Positions 37,855 through 47,522 of a DNA stretch of 64,000 nt are shown here, piece after piece (within the stretch, counting starts at the first letter, position 1; each line of letters starts with the position of its first letter). Source of the DNA: an uncultured Desulfofustis sp. (lineage in GTDB: Bacteria; Desulfobacterota; Desulfobulbia; Desulfobulbales; Desulfocapsaceae); the NCBI GenBank assembly GCA_964608305.1, contig CAZSOA010000001.1, forward strand, positions 9,870-73,869. Reading direction: 5' to 3'. The notes under the pieces are model-generated. The model saw only the letters and a list, made by a program, of their open reading frames with translations, did not search any database and had not been told where the DNA came from. Position numbers and translations under genes: made by a program.

Positions 37855-39021
37855 CTACCTTCTTGCGGCAAGCTCGTTGAAACAGTGAGCGGCCGTTATC
37901 ACCTGCTCATCGTCCAGGTAAAAATGTGGAGCAACCCGCACATAACCGGCCCGTTCGGTAACGATCACATTCCGCCGCGCCAATTGTTTGACCAGGGCCC
38001 CGGCCTCCCGCTCCACGTCGATGCTGAGGATGCCGGAGCGATGCAGCGCATCGAAGCACAGCGGTCGATAGCGTTCGCGATCCAGATGGGCGAGAAACAG
38101 ATCCTGCAGGCGAAAGACCTCATCCCGGATAGCCTCGATCGAATAACGATGAAAGATGTCCTCGACGATAATCGCAAAGGCGGCCACGTGATCCCAGGGA
38201 AGGGTCGAATACTCGAACAGCCGGCCATCGCTGAACGGATTCCAGCGATGATCGAGATAATCGAACTGCTGGCGCATCATGCCCGGCCCGGCCAGCACCG
38301 GCGTCAGTTTTTCCCGCAACTCCTCACTGGTATAGAGGACCGCTGCCCCTTTCGGCCCCAGGAGCCACTTCCAGCCGGAGGCGGCAACCGCCGAGATACC
38401 CCAGGCCTCGGGGTAGAGCGGCAAGCACCCGAGACTCTGAGCGGCATCAACGACCAGGTCGATACCCCGCTCCCGGCAGAAAGAGCCAAGCGCCACCAGA
38501 TCGGCCGCATAACCGCTGGTGAACTGGACGTGGCTGATGGCCACCACCCTCGTTTTCGGCCCGCACACCCGTTCCAGCTCTTCGAGCGACCAGCCCATCG
38601 GCCGCTCTTCGGCAGCAAATGGATCCAGCGGGTTCCGGTTGGGCAGCAGAATCAGCTCGGCACCGCGCCGTTGCTGAATCACCCAGGGAAAGTGGTTGCT
38701 CGGATACTCATGGACATAACTGATGATCTGATCGCCAGGCGCAAAGGGATAGCCGTTGGCCAGTTGGCCGAGGGCCTCGGCCGTGGAATGAACGAAGGAG
38801 ACCTGTTCGGGGCGGGTGCGCATCAGCGCGGCAAAACCATCGCGAAACCGGGGCAGCAAATCGATAAAGGTGGAGAGCGCGGTCAAACCTCCTTCAACCA
38901 TGCTCTGCTGAAACCCGGCAGCGGCAGATGCAGCACCGATATAGAGCGGGGAGACGGCGCAATGACTCAAAAAGCAATAGCGGTCCTTGACCGGAAACAG
39001 CGCCGTCGATTTCTCAAACAT
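37855..39021 (-). CDS. Class V aminotransferase-fold PLP enzyme (cysteine desulfurase/selenocysteine lyase-like)
   Basis: AISHVQFTSGY...VVDAAQSLG...SGWKWLLGPKG (PLP Lys). SD GGAGGGGAAGGGAG before ATG 39021. Confidence 0.85.
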   Translation of the reverse strand: MFEKSTALFPVKDRYCFLSHCAVSPLYIGAASAAAGFQQSMVEGGLTALSTFIDLLPRFRDGFAALMRTRPEQVSFVHSTAEALGQLANGYPFAPGDQIISYVHEYPSNHFPWVIQQRRGAELILLPNRNPLDPFAAEERPMGWSLEELERVCGPKTRVVAISHVQFTSGYAADLVALGSFCRERGIDLVVDAAQSLGCLPLYPEAWGISAVAASGWKWLLGPKGAAVLYTSEELREKLTPVLAGPGMMRQQFDYLDHRWNPFSDGRLFEYSTLPWDHVAAFAIIVEDIFHRYSIEAIRDEVFRLQDLFLAHLDRERYRPLCFDALHRSGILSIDVEREAGALVKQLARRNVIVTERAGYVRVAPHFYLDDEQVITAAHCFNELAARR

Positions 39022-39350
39022 CTCCCTTCCCCTCCGAGGACAGCTCATAGGCGGGACTCACCACCCGTTTCTCCAGCCGCTCTTGTCGCCACGTGATCGT
39101 TCGTCAAACGCATTCTGTGTCATTGTAAAACAAAATCCTTTGAAAACAATCTGCCAACGTGAAATAATGAAACAAATACTTATATTATTGGTCAGAAACC
39201 GATGGCTTTTTCCGCCGCCGGTTTGCCTTGCAGAAGAGAAAAGAAACGGACAACCCGGTTTGGGGCATTTCCGACATCTTTCCTGCACGCTCCCGAGACC
39301 CCGGGCCGGTTTGCTCCATGAGCTGAGGTATGATGCAAAGGAGGATACCC

Positions 39351-41153
39351 ATGACCCGCGCCACCGATATCATCGAATCGTCCGATATCAGCATCCCCAA
39401 ACTCTTTGCAGAACGAGTCAGGCGCAGCCCGGGAAGTCCAGCCTATCATCATTATGTCAGAAAGGAAGAGCGCTGGCACAGTTTGAGCTGGTCCGACACC
39501 GCCGTCCTGGTCGACCGCTGGCGTGCCGGCCTGCAAACGGAGGCGCTGGGCCGCGGTGATCGGGTCGCCGTGCTGCTGCCCAACGGAATCAACTGGGTCT
39601 GCTTCGATCTGGCGGCGCAATCTCTCGGTCTGGTGGTGGTTCCTCTGTACGCCAACGACCGGCCTGACAATATCATCTACATCCTGGAGCAGACCGAATC
39701 CCGGGTGCTTCTCTGCCTCGGGCCATTTTTCCGGGAACGGCTCGCCATGACCCTGGGGTCCCTCCAGACGCTGCAACGCATCATCCTCGTCGAGGAAGAT
39801 CCGGACTCTGCCCCTGCGCCGACAACCGACTCCCGCGTCCTCGAACTGGACACCTGGCTGCCCGTGGACGGCCAGCAATCGGGAACGCTGCCGGCGGCCG
39901 AAGACCTGGCCACCATCGTCTACACCTCCGGCACCACCGGTCGACCGAAAGGGGTCATGCTCAGCCATCGCAACATGGTGAGCAATGCCGCCGCCGGCTT
40001 GAGCTGCATTCCCATCTATCCCGACGATCTGCTCCTTTCCTTTCTGCCTCTGTCCCACATGCTGGAACGGACCGCCGGCTATTACCTGCCGATGATGGCC
40101 GGCGCTTCGGTGGCCTATGCCCGGTCGATCCAACTGCTTTCCGACGACCTGGCCGAACGGCAGCCGACGGTGCTGGTGGCCGTGCCGAAGATCTTTGAAA
40201 AGCTGCACAGCAAGATTCGCATCAAACTGGCCGAGGAATCCCCGGCAAAACAACGGCTGTTCAACCACGCCGCGGATATTGGCTGGCGCAGCTACCTCCG
40301 CCGACAGGGACGAGCGTCCTGGTCGCCGGACCTGCTGCTGCACCCCCTGCTCGATGCCCTCGTCGGCCGCAAGGTCAGGGGCCGACTCGGTGGCCGGCTG
40401 CAGGTCGTCATCAGCGGCGGCGCCGCCCTGTCGTTCGAGGTGGCCCGTACGCTGATCGGGCTTGGTATCACCATCTATCAGGGCTATGGGCTGACCGAGG
40501 CCAGCCCCATCATCAGCGTCAACCGCATCGAAGACAACCGGCCGGAAGGTGTCGGCCGGCTGTTGCCGGGTCTCAGCGCAAAAACGGGAGAGTTCGATGA
40601 ACTGCTGGTCCGCGGCCCCAACGTGATGCTCGGCTACTGGCGAAACCCGGAGGCCACGGCGGCGGTGCTCGACGCCGAAGGCTGGCTGCGCACCGGTGAC
40701 ACCGCCCGGATCGAGGACGGCCATCTGCGGATAACCGGTCGGCTCAAGGAGATCCTGGTTCTGAGCAACGGGGAGAAGGTGTCCCCAACCGATGTGGAGA
40801 CGGCCATCGCCGCCGACCCCCTTTTCGAACAGAACCTGGTCATCGGCGAAGGACGCCCCTACCTGACCGTGCTGGCGGTCCTCAATGCGGAATTGTGGCA
40901 GCAACTGGCCGCCCAGATGGGGGTGCCGGCGGACGAGACGTCACTGGCCGACCGCACCATCCGCGCCATGCTGCTCAAACGGATCGAGGGGTGCCTCAAG
41001 CATTTTCCCGGCTTCGCCTGGATCAAAGATATCCATCTCAGCCTGAAACCGTGGACCATCGAACAAGGGTTTCTGACACCGACCATGAAGCTGCGGCGTA
41101 AAAATATCCTCTCCGCCTTCCACGACGAGGTTGAACGACTCTACCAGGCGTAA
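39351..41153 (+). CDS. Long-chain-fatty-acid--CoA ligase (AMP-forming, FadD15-like)
   Basis: AMP-binding motif IVYTSGTTGRPKGVMLSH, then YGLTE, GWLRTGD and PTMKLRRK. AAGGAGGA SD before ATG 39351. Confidence 0.9.
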   Translation: MTRATDIIESSDISIPKLFAERVRRSPGSPAYHHYVRKEERWHSLSWSDTAVLVDRWRAGLQTEALGRGDRVAVLLPNGINWVCFDLAAQSLGLVVVPLYANDRPDNIIYILEQTESRVLLCLGPFFRERLAMTLGSLQTLQRIILVEEDPDSAPAPTTDSRVLELDTWLPVDGQQSGTLPAAEDLATIVYTSGTTGRPKGVMLSHRNMVSNAAAGLSCIPIYPDDLLLSFLPLSHMLERTAGYYLPMMAGASVAYARSIQLLSDDLAERQPTVLVAVPKIFEKLHSKIRIKLAEESPAKQRLFNHAADIGWRSYLRRQGRASWSPDLLLHPLLDALVGRKVRGRLGGRLQVVISGGAALSFEVARTLIGLGITIYQGYGLTEASPIISVNRIEDNRPEGVGRLLPGLSAKTGEFDELLVRGPNVMLGYWRNPEATAAVLDAEGWLRTGDTARIEDGHLRITGRLKEILVLSNGEKVSPTDVETAIAADPLFEQNLVIGEGRPYLTVLAVLNAELWQQLAAQMGVPADETSLADRTIRAMLLKRIEGCLKHFPGFAWIKDIHLSLKPWTIEQGFLTPTMKLRRKNILSAFHDEVERLYQA

Positions 41154-41192
41154 CCGGATGACTGGCTGGCGGCACGATCCCGCGGACGAGGC

Positions 41193-42308
41193 TCACTCAA
41201 GACGCTGAAAGCTCCGCATGAAGCGGCGGTCGATCCAGTCCTTGATGAAAAAGGCGAGACGACCGCCGAAGAGGATCGACCATTTGTAGAAGATCCCGGT
41301 ACCATCCCCGAGGTTGAAGATCAGCAGATAGCTGCCGCCTGGCTGAAAGGGTCGCAACGGTTCGCCCCGCAAGGCTGCCAGCAGGTTGTCGGCCAGCACC
41401 GAATTCTGCCGTACGGCGTACACTCCCACCTTGTCGAGCGGCTGATCTGCAAAGGAGATGCAATCACCGCCGCCGAAGATCGTCGGATAACCGGTGCTCT
41501 GCAGAAACGCATTGACCAGCATACCGCCATCCGCACCGATCGGCAGCCCCGCCTCGGCGAACAGCAGCGACGGGCGAACTCCCACGGCTACGAAGATAAC
41601 GTCGCAACGATGCGCCTCGCCATCCGCATCCTCAAGTCGACCGGCGCGAATGGCGGTGATGCGCCGCCCCTGACGGATGTCGATGCCGCGCACCTGCAGC
41701 GAAGCACGGGCGCGGCGGCGCACCCCCTCCGGGTGTCTGGGCAGCAGATCACTGCCGGGAAAGAGCGTGATCGACAGCGGCTTCATCCCCGGTTGCCTGC
41801 CGACCCGCCAGACGTTGCCGGCAATCTCCACGGACGACGGGCCGCCGCCAACCACACCGATGCGCACCGGCTGTCGTGATCCCAGCTCGATGATGCGTTG
41901 GCGCGCCGCCGCCAGCCGTTCGATGGGCTTGACCGGAAAGATGTCGTCCGACGGCCCGTCCACCATCTGCTCCGGGACGTGACTGCCGAGATTGCAGGAA
42001 AGCAGGTCGTAACCGATTCGCTCGCCTGAATCCAAGAGCACCGACTGCTCCAGCGGATCGATGGCGGTCACCGCCGCCCGGACAAACCTTCCGCCGAGCT
42101 TCTCGGTCAGCCGCCGGGTGGCAAAACGTATCTCTTCGGGACGATAGAAACCGCCGAGCATACCGGGCCCCATCCCGGAATAGTAATGGTAATCTGAAGG
42201 ACCGATGACGGTCACCCGGTATCCGGCACCGACGAAAGCGCCGATCCGGGACAGGGCCGTCAAGTGAGCATGGCCGCCACCGGCAATGATCAGATGCTTG
42301 CTCATCAT
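41193..42308 (-). CDS. FAD-dependent pyridine nucleotide-disulfide oxidoreductase (NDH-2/SQR-like; resembles the SelD-associated TIGR03169 family)
   Basis: LIIAGGGHAHL...VTVIGPSDYHYYSGMGPGMLGG...LLSCNLGS...VVGGGPSSVEIAG...FGGGDC. Confidence 0.75.
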   Translation of the reverse strand: MMSKHLIIAGGGHAHLTALSRIGAFVGAGYRVTVIGPSDYHYYSGMGPGMLGGFYRPEEIRFATRRLTEKLGGRFVRAAVTAIDPLEQSVLLDSGERIGYDLLSCNLGSHVPEQMVDGPSDDIFPVKPIERLAAARQRIIELGSRQPVRIGVVGGGPSSVEIAGNVWRVGRQPGMKPLSITLFPGSDLLPRHPEGVRRRARASLQVRGIDIRQGRRITAIRAGRLEDADGEAHRCDVIFVAVGVRPSLLFAEAGLPIGADGGMLVNAFLQSTGYPTIFGGGDCISFADQPLDKVGVYAVRQNSVLADNLLAALRGEPLRPFQPGGSYLLIFNLGDGTGIFYKWSILFGGRLAFFIKDWIDRRFMRSFQRLE

Positions 42309-42410
42309 CTCCTCCCGGAATCTTCCGGCACAACCGCAATCGTGTCAGACCAGGCCGCGCTGCCTCCGGACAGACTGATCACCTGAAAACAGCTTTTACC
42401 GGCCAGCACC

Positions 42411-43355
42411 CTAAATGCCACAGTAACGGAGCAGGAACAGGGCAAGCAAATAGGTGACAACCGACAGCAGCGTCGACAGCATGATGATCGATCCCGACAA
42501 TTCGGCATCGGATTTGAGCTGTTGGGCCATGATATAGGCGGCTGTCGCCGTCGGACTGGCCGCCAGGACCACGCCGACCCCGAGTTCCATGCCACGAATG
42601 CCCAACAGCAGTAATACCGCACCAGTGAACAGCGGCATCCAGAAGATCTTGATGCCGCAGGCCAGCAACGCCTTGGTAATCTCGCCGCGCAGATTCGCCG
42701 GAGAAAAAGACGCTCCGATGGAAAGCAGGGCCAATGGCAACGACATACCAGTCAAGATATCGAGCGCCCGATCCAACACCAGCGGCAACGGTATATTGAA
42801 AAAACTCCAGGCGATGCCGACAAACGAAGCGATGATCAACGGGTTGAAGATGAATTGGGCCGCCCAGAACGCCTTGCCGAATTGACGATCCTGACCCTGT
42901 TGCGGCAACAGCAGGGACAAGACGGCCAAGGCGTTGAGCAACGGCACAAGGAAGCCGATCAGGACACCGGCGATGGCAAAACCTTCGGTGCCATAGGCGT
43001 TGAACGCTATGGCCAGGCCGACATAGGCGAGGTTGCCGCGAAACGCACCTTGGGTAAAAGCTCCGCGTGCCGTCACCGGGTAACGGCGCAGCACGGTATA
43101 CAGGTAGCTGATGGCAAACACTGCAACGATCGAAAAGACCATGCCAGCCAGCAGCCGCGGATTGAAGCTCGAGGAAAAATCGGCGGTGGCGATCTTGTAG
43201 AACAGCAGGGCCGGCAACGCCACGTAATAAATCAATCGGTTCAGTTGAAAAAGAAAAGCGCTGTCCACCAGGCCTGAACCTTTCAGGGAAAAACCGAGTC
43301 CCACCACGAGAAAGACCGGCAGAACGATCATCAGGATATCCACCAGCAGCTGCAT
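42411..43355 (-). CDS. AEC (auxin efflux carrier) family transporter
   Basis: 314 aa with about 10 TM. N-terminus MQLLVDILMIVLPVFLVVGLGF...LNRLIYYVALPALLF is typical of the AEC/Mem_trans family. Confidence 0.9.
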   Translation of the reverse strand: MQLLVDILMIVLPVFLVVGLGFSLKGSGLVDSAFLFQLNRLIYYVALPALLFYKIATADFSSSFNPRLLAGMVFSIVAVFAISYLYTVLRRYPVTARGAFTQGAFRGNLAYVGLAIAFNAYGTEGFAIAGVLIGFLVPLLNALAVLSLLLPQQGQDRQFGKAFWAAQFIFNPLIIASFVGIAWSFFNIPLPLVLDRALDILTGMSLPLALLSIGASFSPANLRGEITKALLACGIKIFWMPLFTGAVLLLLGIRGMELGVGVVLAASPTATAAYIMAQQLKSDAELSGSIIMLSTLLSVVTYLLALFLLRYCGI

Positions 43356-43453
43356 GTACGCCTCTCCCCTGTAACAACGGCGCCGGGACTCGTCGGCTCA
43401 GCCCGCTGTCCCAAGTGCAAACGTTTCTCACCGTTTATTCCAATGCTTCTTCT

Positions 43454-43482
43454 TTGTCAATTGATGACAAATGCCGTATCAT
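43454..43482 (+). promoter_or_regulatory. Sigma-70-type promoter with an overlapping 17-bp palindrome (putative operator)
   Basis: TTGTCA (43454-43459), a 17-nt spacer, then TATCAT (43477-43482). The -35 is part of the inverted repeat TTGTCA-ATTGA-TGACAA (43454-43470). Confidence 0.55.
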
Positions 43483-43521
43483 CAGCCTATCACGCTCGCC
43501 CCCTCAACCTCGGAGGAAAAG

Positions 43522-44610
43522 ATGATTCCATTCGCCCCGTATCGCCCGCCGTCATTCGATCAGCCGCCGCTCTGCGACAGCCCCCCCGCCCGGTTGGAGC
43601 CGGCTCCTGCCGACGGCATCGCCCCCGAGCGGTTCCATGCCACCTCCAATTTCCCCGAATACGTCAAGCTGGACGGATACGGCTGGACCATCGCTCCACA
43701 GAGCCGGATGGATGCGGTCCTGGTCGTATCGGCTGGTGCGGTGCAGGTCGTGGAGCCGCGACGGTTGCGACGCGGCGATCTGGTGGTGGTCGGACGGACG
43801 GAAAACGGCGAGGAAGGGATTTTCGTCCATCCGGATGGCTTCGATCGGCCGGAAACGGCTTCCGACAAGTTCACCTTTCGCTCCCGGGGCACCCGAGAAA
43901 CCCCGTTTTCCCGATCCTACGACGAATTGTACCAGATCCTGCGCCATGACCGGGAGCATGGTCACATCGTCTGGGTCCTCGGACCGGCCGTATCTTTCGA
44001 CAAGGACAGCCGCAACGCCATGCAGGGACTGATCGAACACGGTTATTGTCATGCCCTGATGGCCGGGAACGCCCTGGCCACCCACGACCTGGAAGCGGCC
44101 CGTTTCGGCACCGGCCTCGGCCAGGATATCTATACGCAAAACCTGGTCCCCCTGGGCCACTACCACCATCTGGACGTCATCAATGCCGCCCGGGCGGCCG
44201 GCTCCATTGGCGCTTACCTGCGTGACGCCGGGATCACGAACGGCATCATGCATGCCTGCGAGCGGAAGAACATCGCTTACGTGCTGGCCGGTTCGATCCG
44301 CGACGACGGTCCATTGCCCGGGGTTATCGGTGACGCCTATGCGGCCCAGGATGCCATGCGCGACCATGCCCGGCGCGCCACCACGGTCATCGCCATGGCC
44401 ACCCAACTGCACAGTATCGCGTTCGGCAATATGGTGCCGAGCTATCGCGTCGAAGCGGACGGCACGGTGCGCCCGGTTTTCTTCTTCATCGTCGACATGT
44501 CCGAGTTCAGCGCCGACAAGCTGGCCAACCGCGGTTCGGCACAGGCCCAAGCGATCCTGACCAACGCCCAGGATTTCATCGTCAATCTGTGGAACAACCT
44601 GAAATCGTGA
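43522..44610 (+). CDS. LOR/SDH-type (TIGR00300-like) protein, candidate ornithine cyclodeaminase
   Basis: The C-terminal region [13 protein letters not shown]...[18 protein letters not shown]...[17 protein letters not shown] resembles the ArgZ/AgrE C-terminal and archaeal OCD family as I remember it. GGAGG SD before ATG 43522; the track start 43471 lies upstream of the predicted transcription start. Translationally coupled to arginase. Confidence 0.45.
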   Translation: MIPFAPYRPPSFDQPPLCDSPPARLEPAPADGIAPERFHATSNFPEYVKLDGYGWTIAPQSRMDAVLVVSAGAVQVVEPRRLRRGDLVVVGRTENGEEGIFVHPDGFDRPETASDKFTFRSRGTRETPFSRSYDELYQILRHDREHGHIVWVLGPAVSFDKDSRNAMQGLIEHGYCHALMAGNALATHDLEAARFGTGLGQDIYTQNLVPLGHYHHLDVINAARAAGSIGAYLRDAGITNGIMHACERKNIAYVLAGSIRDDGPLPGVIGDAYAAQDAMRDHARRATTVIAMATQLHSIAFGNMVPSYRVEADGTVRPVFFFIVDMSEFSADKLANRGSAQAQAILTNAQDFIVNLWNNLKS

Positions 44611-45503
44611 TGGCCACCCAGAAGATCAGGATCATCGGCGTACCCATGGATCTCGGACAGCAGCACCGTGGTGTCGACATGGGCCCGGTGGCGATCCGCT
44701 ATGCCGGCCTGTCGACCGCCCTGCGCGGTCTCGGTTATCAGACCGAGGATATGGGCAACGTCACCATCCCCGGCCACTACACGCTGACCGGGACCAGCTA
44801 CGCGGAGCGCCTGCCGCTCATTTGCGAGGCCTGTGAGGCCACCTATCAACAGGCTCGCGAGGCGGTCCAGTCGGCCACCATCCCGGTGTTCCTGGGCGGC
44901 GATCATTCCGCCGCCATCGGCAGTATCGGCGGGGTTACCCACGATCGGCCGGCCGGAGTCATCTGGATCGATGCCCACGGCGACTTCAACACCCCGGAGA
45001 CGTCGGAGACCTGCAACATTCATGGCATGGCCCTGGCCATCCTGCTCGGCAAGGGCCCGCCCGAACTGGTCAACGCGGGCCGGCCAGGCGCCAAACTGTG
45101 CGGGGACCAAGTGGCGTTGATCGGCGTTCGCGACCTGGACCGGCGGGAAAAACAACTGCTCCGGGAGTCGGGCTGCACCGTGTTCACCATGCGGGATATC
45201 GATGAGATTGGTATGAGCGGGGTCCTCCGGGCGACCCTGAAGGCCTTGGCCGGTATGGACCGGCTGCATGTGAGCCTCGACATGGACAGTATCGACGCCA
45301 ACGAGGCGCCGGGCGTCGGCACCCCGGTGCCGGGCGGTCTGACCTATCGGGAAGCGCAATTACTGATGGAGACCATCTGCGACACCGGCAAGGTCTGTTC
45401 GCTCGACATCATGGAGACCAACCCGATCCTCGACATCAGCAACCGCACCGCCCGGACCGCCGTGGCACTTGCCGCTTCCCTGTTCGGCAAAAGCATTCTG
45501 TGA
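44610..45503 (+). CDS. rocF: Arginase (ureohydrolase family)
   Basis: [46 protein letters not shown] and SLDMDSID are the Mn-binding ureohydrolase motifs. The ATG overlaps the upstream TGA (TGATG). Confidence 0.9.
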   Translation: MATQKIRIIGVPMDLGQQHRGVDMGPVAIRYAGLSTALRGLGYQTEDMGNVTIPGHYTLTGTSYAERLPLICEACEATYQQAREAVQSATIPVFLGGDHSAAIGSIGGVTHDRPAGVIWIDAHGDFNTPETSETCNIHGMALAILLGKGPPELVNAGRPGAKLCGDQVALIGVRDLDRREKQLLRESGCTVFTMRDIDEIGMSGVLRATLKALAGMDRLHVSLDMDSIDANEAPGVGTPVPGGLTYREAQLLMETICDTGKVCSLDIMETNPILDISNRTARTAVALAASLFGKSIL

Positions 45504-45584
45504 AATGCTCCCGGTCGCAGATCCGACTTCGTCGATCCTTGACGAAGCCTTGCCGACCATGACCACGCCCACGGCTGACACCAC

Positions 45585-46919
45585 TTAATGGAAACCGTAA
45601 AAGCCGGGAAAGATGATCAGGGACAGGAGCACCATAACCTGTAGCATGATAAACGGAATGACGCCGCGATACAGATCGAGGGTGCGGATTTCCGGCGGAC
45701 AGACTCCTTTGAGATAGAACAGGGAAAAACCGAAGGGCGGCGTCAGAAAGGACGTCTGCAGGTTCATGGCGATAAGGATGGCGAACCACAGCGGGTCCAG
45801 GCCGACAATCGTGGCGATAGGCAGCAGGATGGGCACGACGATATAAGATATTTCTATGAAATCTATGAAAAAACCCAACGCCATGATGACCAGCATGGAG
45901 AGCAGGAGAAACGTCCACTTCTGACCGGGCAGATTGGTCAACACGTCTTCCACCAGATAATCGGCGCCACTGTAGACAAAGACCATGGAAAAGGCGGTCG
46001 CCCCGATCAGGATGGCAAAGACCATGGCCGAGACCTTCACCGTCTCCAGCGCCGATTCCTCCACCACCCGCCAGCTCAGCTTGCGGTATAAAGCGGCCAG
46101 GACCATGGCGCCGATACAACCGACGGCGGCGGACTCGGTCGGTGTTGCAATCCCCGCAAAAATCGAGCCGAGCACCATGACGATCAAGGTGAGCGGCGGG
46201 ATGATGGCAAACAGGGCCCGTCCCAGACTCTGCCCGCGGCTCAGATCCTCGTCCTTGGGCATGGGCGGCGCCACCCGTCGGTCGATCAGGGAAATGACGA
46301 GGATATAGGCGATATAACAGGCAACCAGCATCAACCCCGGCCCCACCGCGGCACGAAACAGATCCCCGACCGGCTGCTGGAAGACGTCACCGAGGATGAT
46401 CAGGACGATCGACGGCGGAATGATCTGTCCCAAAGTCCCGGATGCGCAGATGGTCCCGGTTGCCAGCCGTTTGGCATAGCCGTATTTGAGCATGACCGGC
46501 AAGGAGATTACCCCCATCGCCACCACTGAAGCGCCCACCACACCGGTGGATGCCGCCAGCAAGGTACCGACCAGAACCGTGCTGACCGCCAGACCGCCGC
46601 GGACCCGGCCGAAAAGTGACCCCATCGATTCGAGGAGGCGTTCGGCGAGATCCGAGCGCTGCAGCAGTATGCCCATGAAAATGAAGAGCGGAACGGCAAT
46701 CAGGATGGTGTTTTTCATGATGGCGTAAATGCGAAACGGCATCATGGAGAACATCTGAAAGAACTCGCCGGCGACCAGGGCCGGCGTCGCGTCACCGCCA
46801 AGATAGACGATGGCAGCGATAATTCCGAAAAAGATCGAAACCGAACCAAAGGTAAAGGCCACCGGATAACCGATGGCAAGCAGCGCTAAAGCGGCGCAGA
46901 ACATGACTATGCCGGTCAT
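45585..46919 (-). CDS. dctM: TRAP transporter large permease (DctM family)
   Basis: 444 aa polytopic protein with FLTPPFGFSLFYLKG. 4-nt overlap with dctQ. Confidence 0.9.
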   Translation of the reverse strand: MTGIVMFCAALALLAIGYPVAFTFGSVSIFFGIIAAIVYLGGDATPALVAGEFFQMFSMMPFRIYAIMKNTILIAVPLFIFMGILLQRSDLAERLLESMGSLFGRVRGGLAVSTVLVGTLLAASTGVVGASVVAMGVISLPVMLKYGYAKRLATGTICASGTLGQIIPPSIVLIILGDVFQQPVGDLFRAAVGPGLMLVACYIAYILVISLIDRRVAPPMPKDEDLSRGQSLGRALFAIIPPLTLIVMVLGSIFAGIATPTESAAVGCIGAMVLAALYRKLSWRVVEESALETVKVSAMVFAILIGATAFSMVFVYSGADYLVEDVLTNLPGQKWTFLLLSMLVIMALGFFIDFIEISYIVVPILLPIATIVGLDPLWFAILIAMNLQTSFLTPPFGFSLFYLKGVCPPEIRTLDLYRGVIPFIMLQVMVLLSLIIFPGFYGFH

Positions 46920-47446
46920 GGCTGTACCTCTCGTTTGGTCGCGAAGCTGACCGAACGAATGATATTGACCTGCTTGACCACATAGCCGATGGCGCAGAAA
47001 ATCAGATAGGCAAAAGAGACCGGGATCATGCCCTTGATCAACCAGCGATAGGGCAGCCCGCCCGGATCCTCGGAGATTTCACGGATGACATAGGCATCCG
47101 TGACGTAGTCGAGAGAACCGAACAGCACCAGCAGGGCCAGCGGCACCAGAAAAAAGACGGTCCCGACGATATTGATCAGAGCTTTTTTTCTCAGACTGAA
47201 CCGGTCGTAGATAAAGTCCACCCGCACGTGGCCCTCGTCCAGTAGGGCCACTGACATCCCATAGAGGATGATCAGACCGAACAGATGCCACTCCATCTCT
47301 TGCATGGCCACTGAGCTGTTATGCAGGAAATAGCGCGTCACCACGTCGTAAAAGACGTTGAGCACCATCAGCAGCAAAAGTACCGCCAGGCATTTGCCGG
47401 TTACCCGGTTGAGCCGCATGAACATCCGTTCTATTTTGTCCAGCAT
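46916..47446 (-). CDS. dctQ: TRAP transporter small permease (DctQ family)
   Basis: 176 aa, 4 TM, located between dctP and dctM. Confidence 0.8.
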   Translation of the reverse strand: MLDKIERMFMRLNRVTGKCLAVLLLLMVLNVFYDVVTRYFLHNSSVAMQEMEWHLFGLIILYGMSVALLDEGHVRVDFIYDRFSLRKKALINIVGTVFFLVPLALLVLFGSLDYVTDAYVIREISEDPGGLPYRWLIKGMIPVSFAYLIFCAIGYVVKQVNIIRSVSFATKREVQP

Positions 47447-47522
47447 CCGTTTGCCCTTCCCGCACGGCCGGCCCGGAACACGGCAATGCGTTCCGGACCG
47501 GCGGGAGTGATTTCTGCAGAGC

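Noticed and set aside
39192-40904. 570-aa minus-strand ORF overlapping the acyl-CoA ligase gene. The same kind of long antisense ORF occurs at 9581..10564, 2317..3243, 18854..19768, 24347..25096, 28745..29989, 30189..31097, 34514..35659, 37837..39096, 42379..43431, 43552..44550, 44442..45359, 47559..48743, 55495..56358 and 59753..60640.
   Set aside because: These are shadow ORFs typical of GC-rich DNA. Their translations are R/G/P/D-rich, lack recognisable motifs and SDs, and each lies opposite or out of frame to a gene with clear family signatures.
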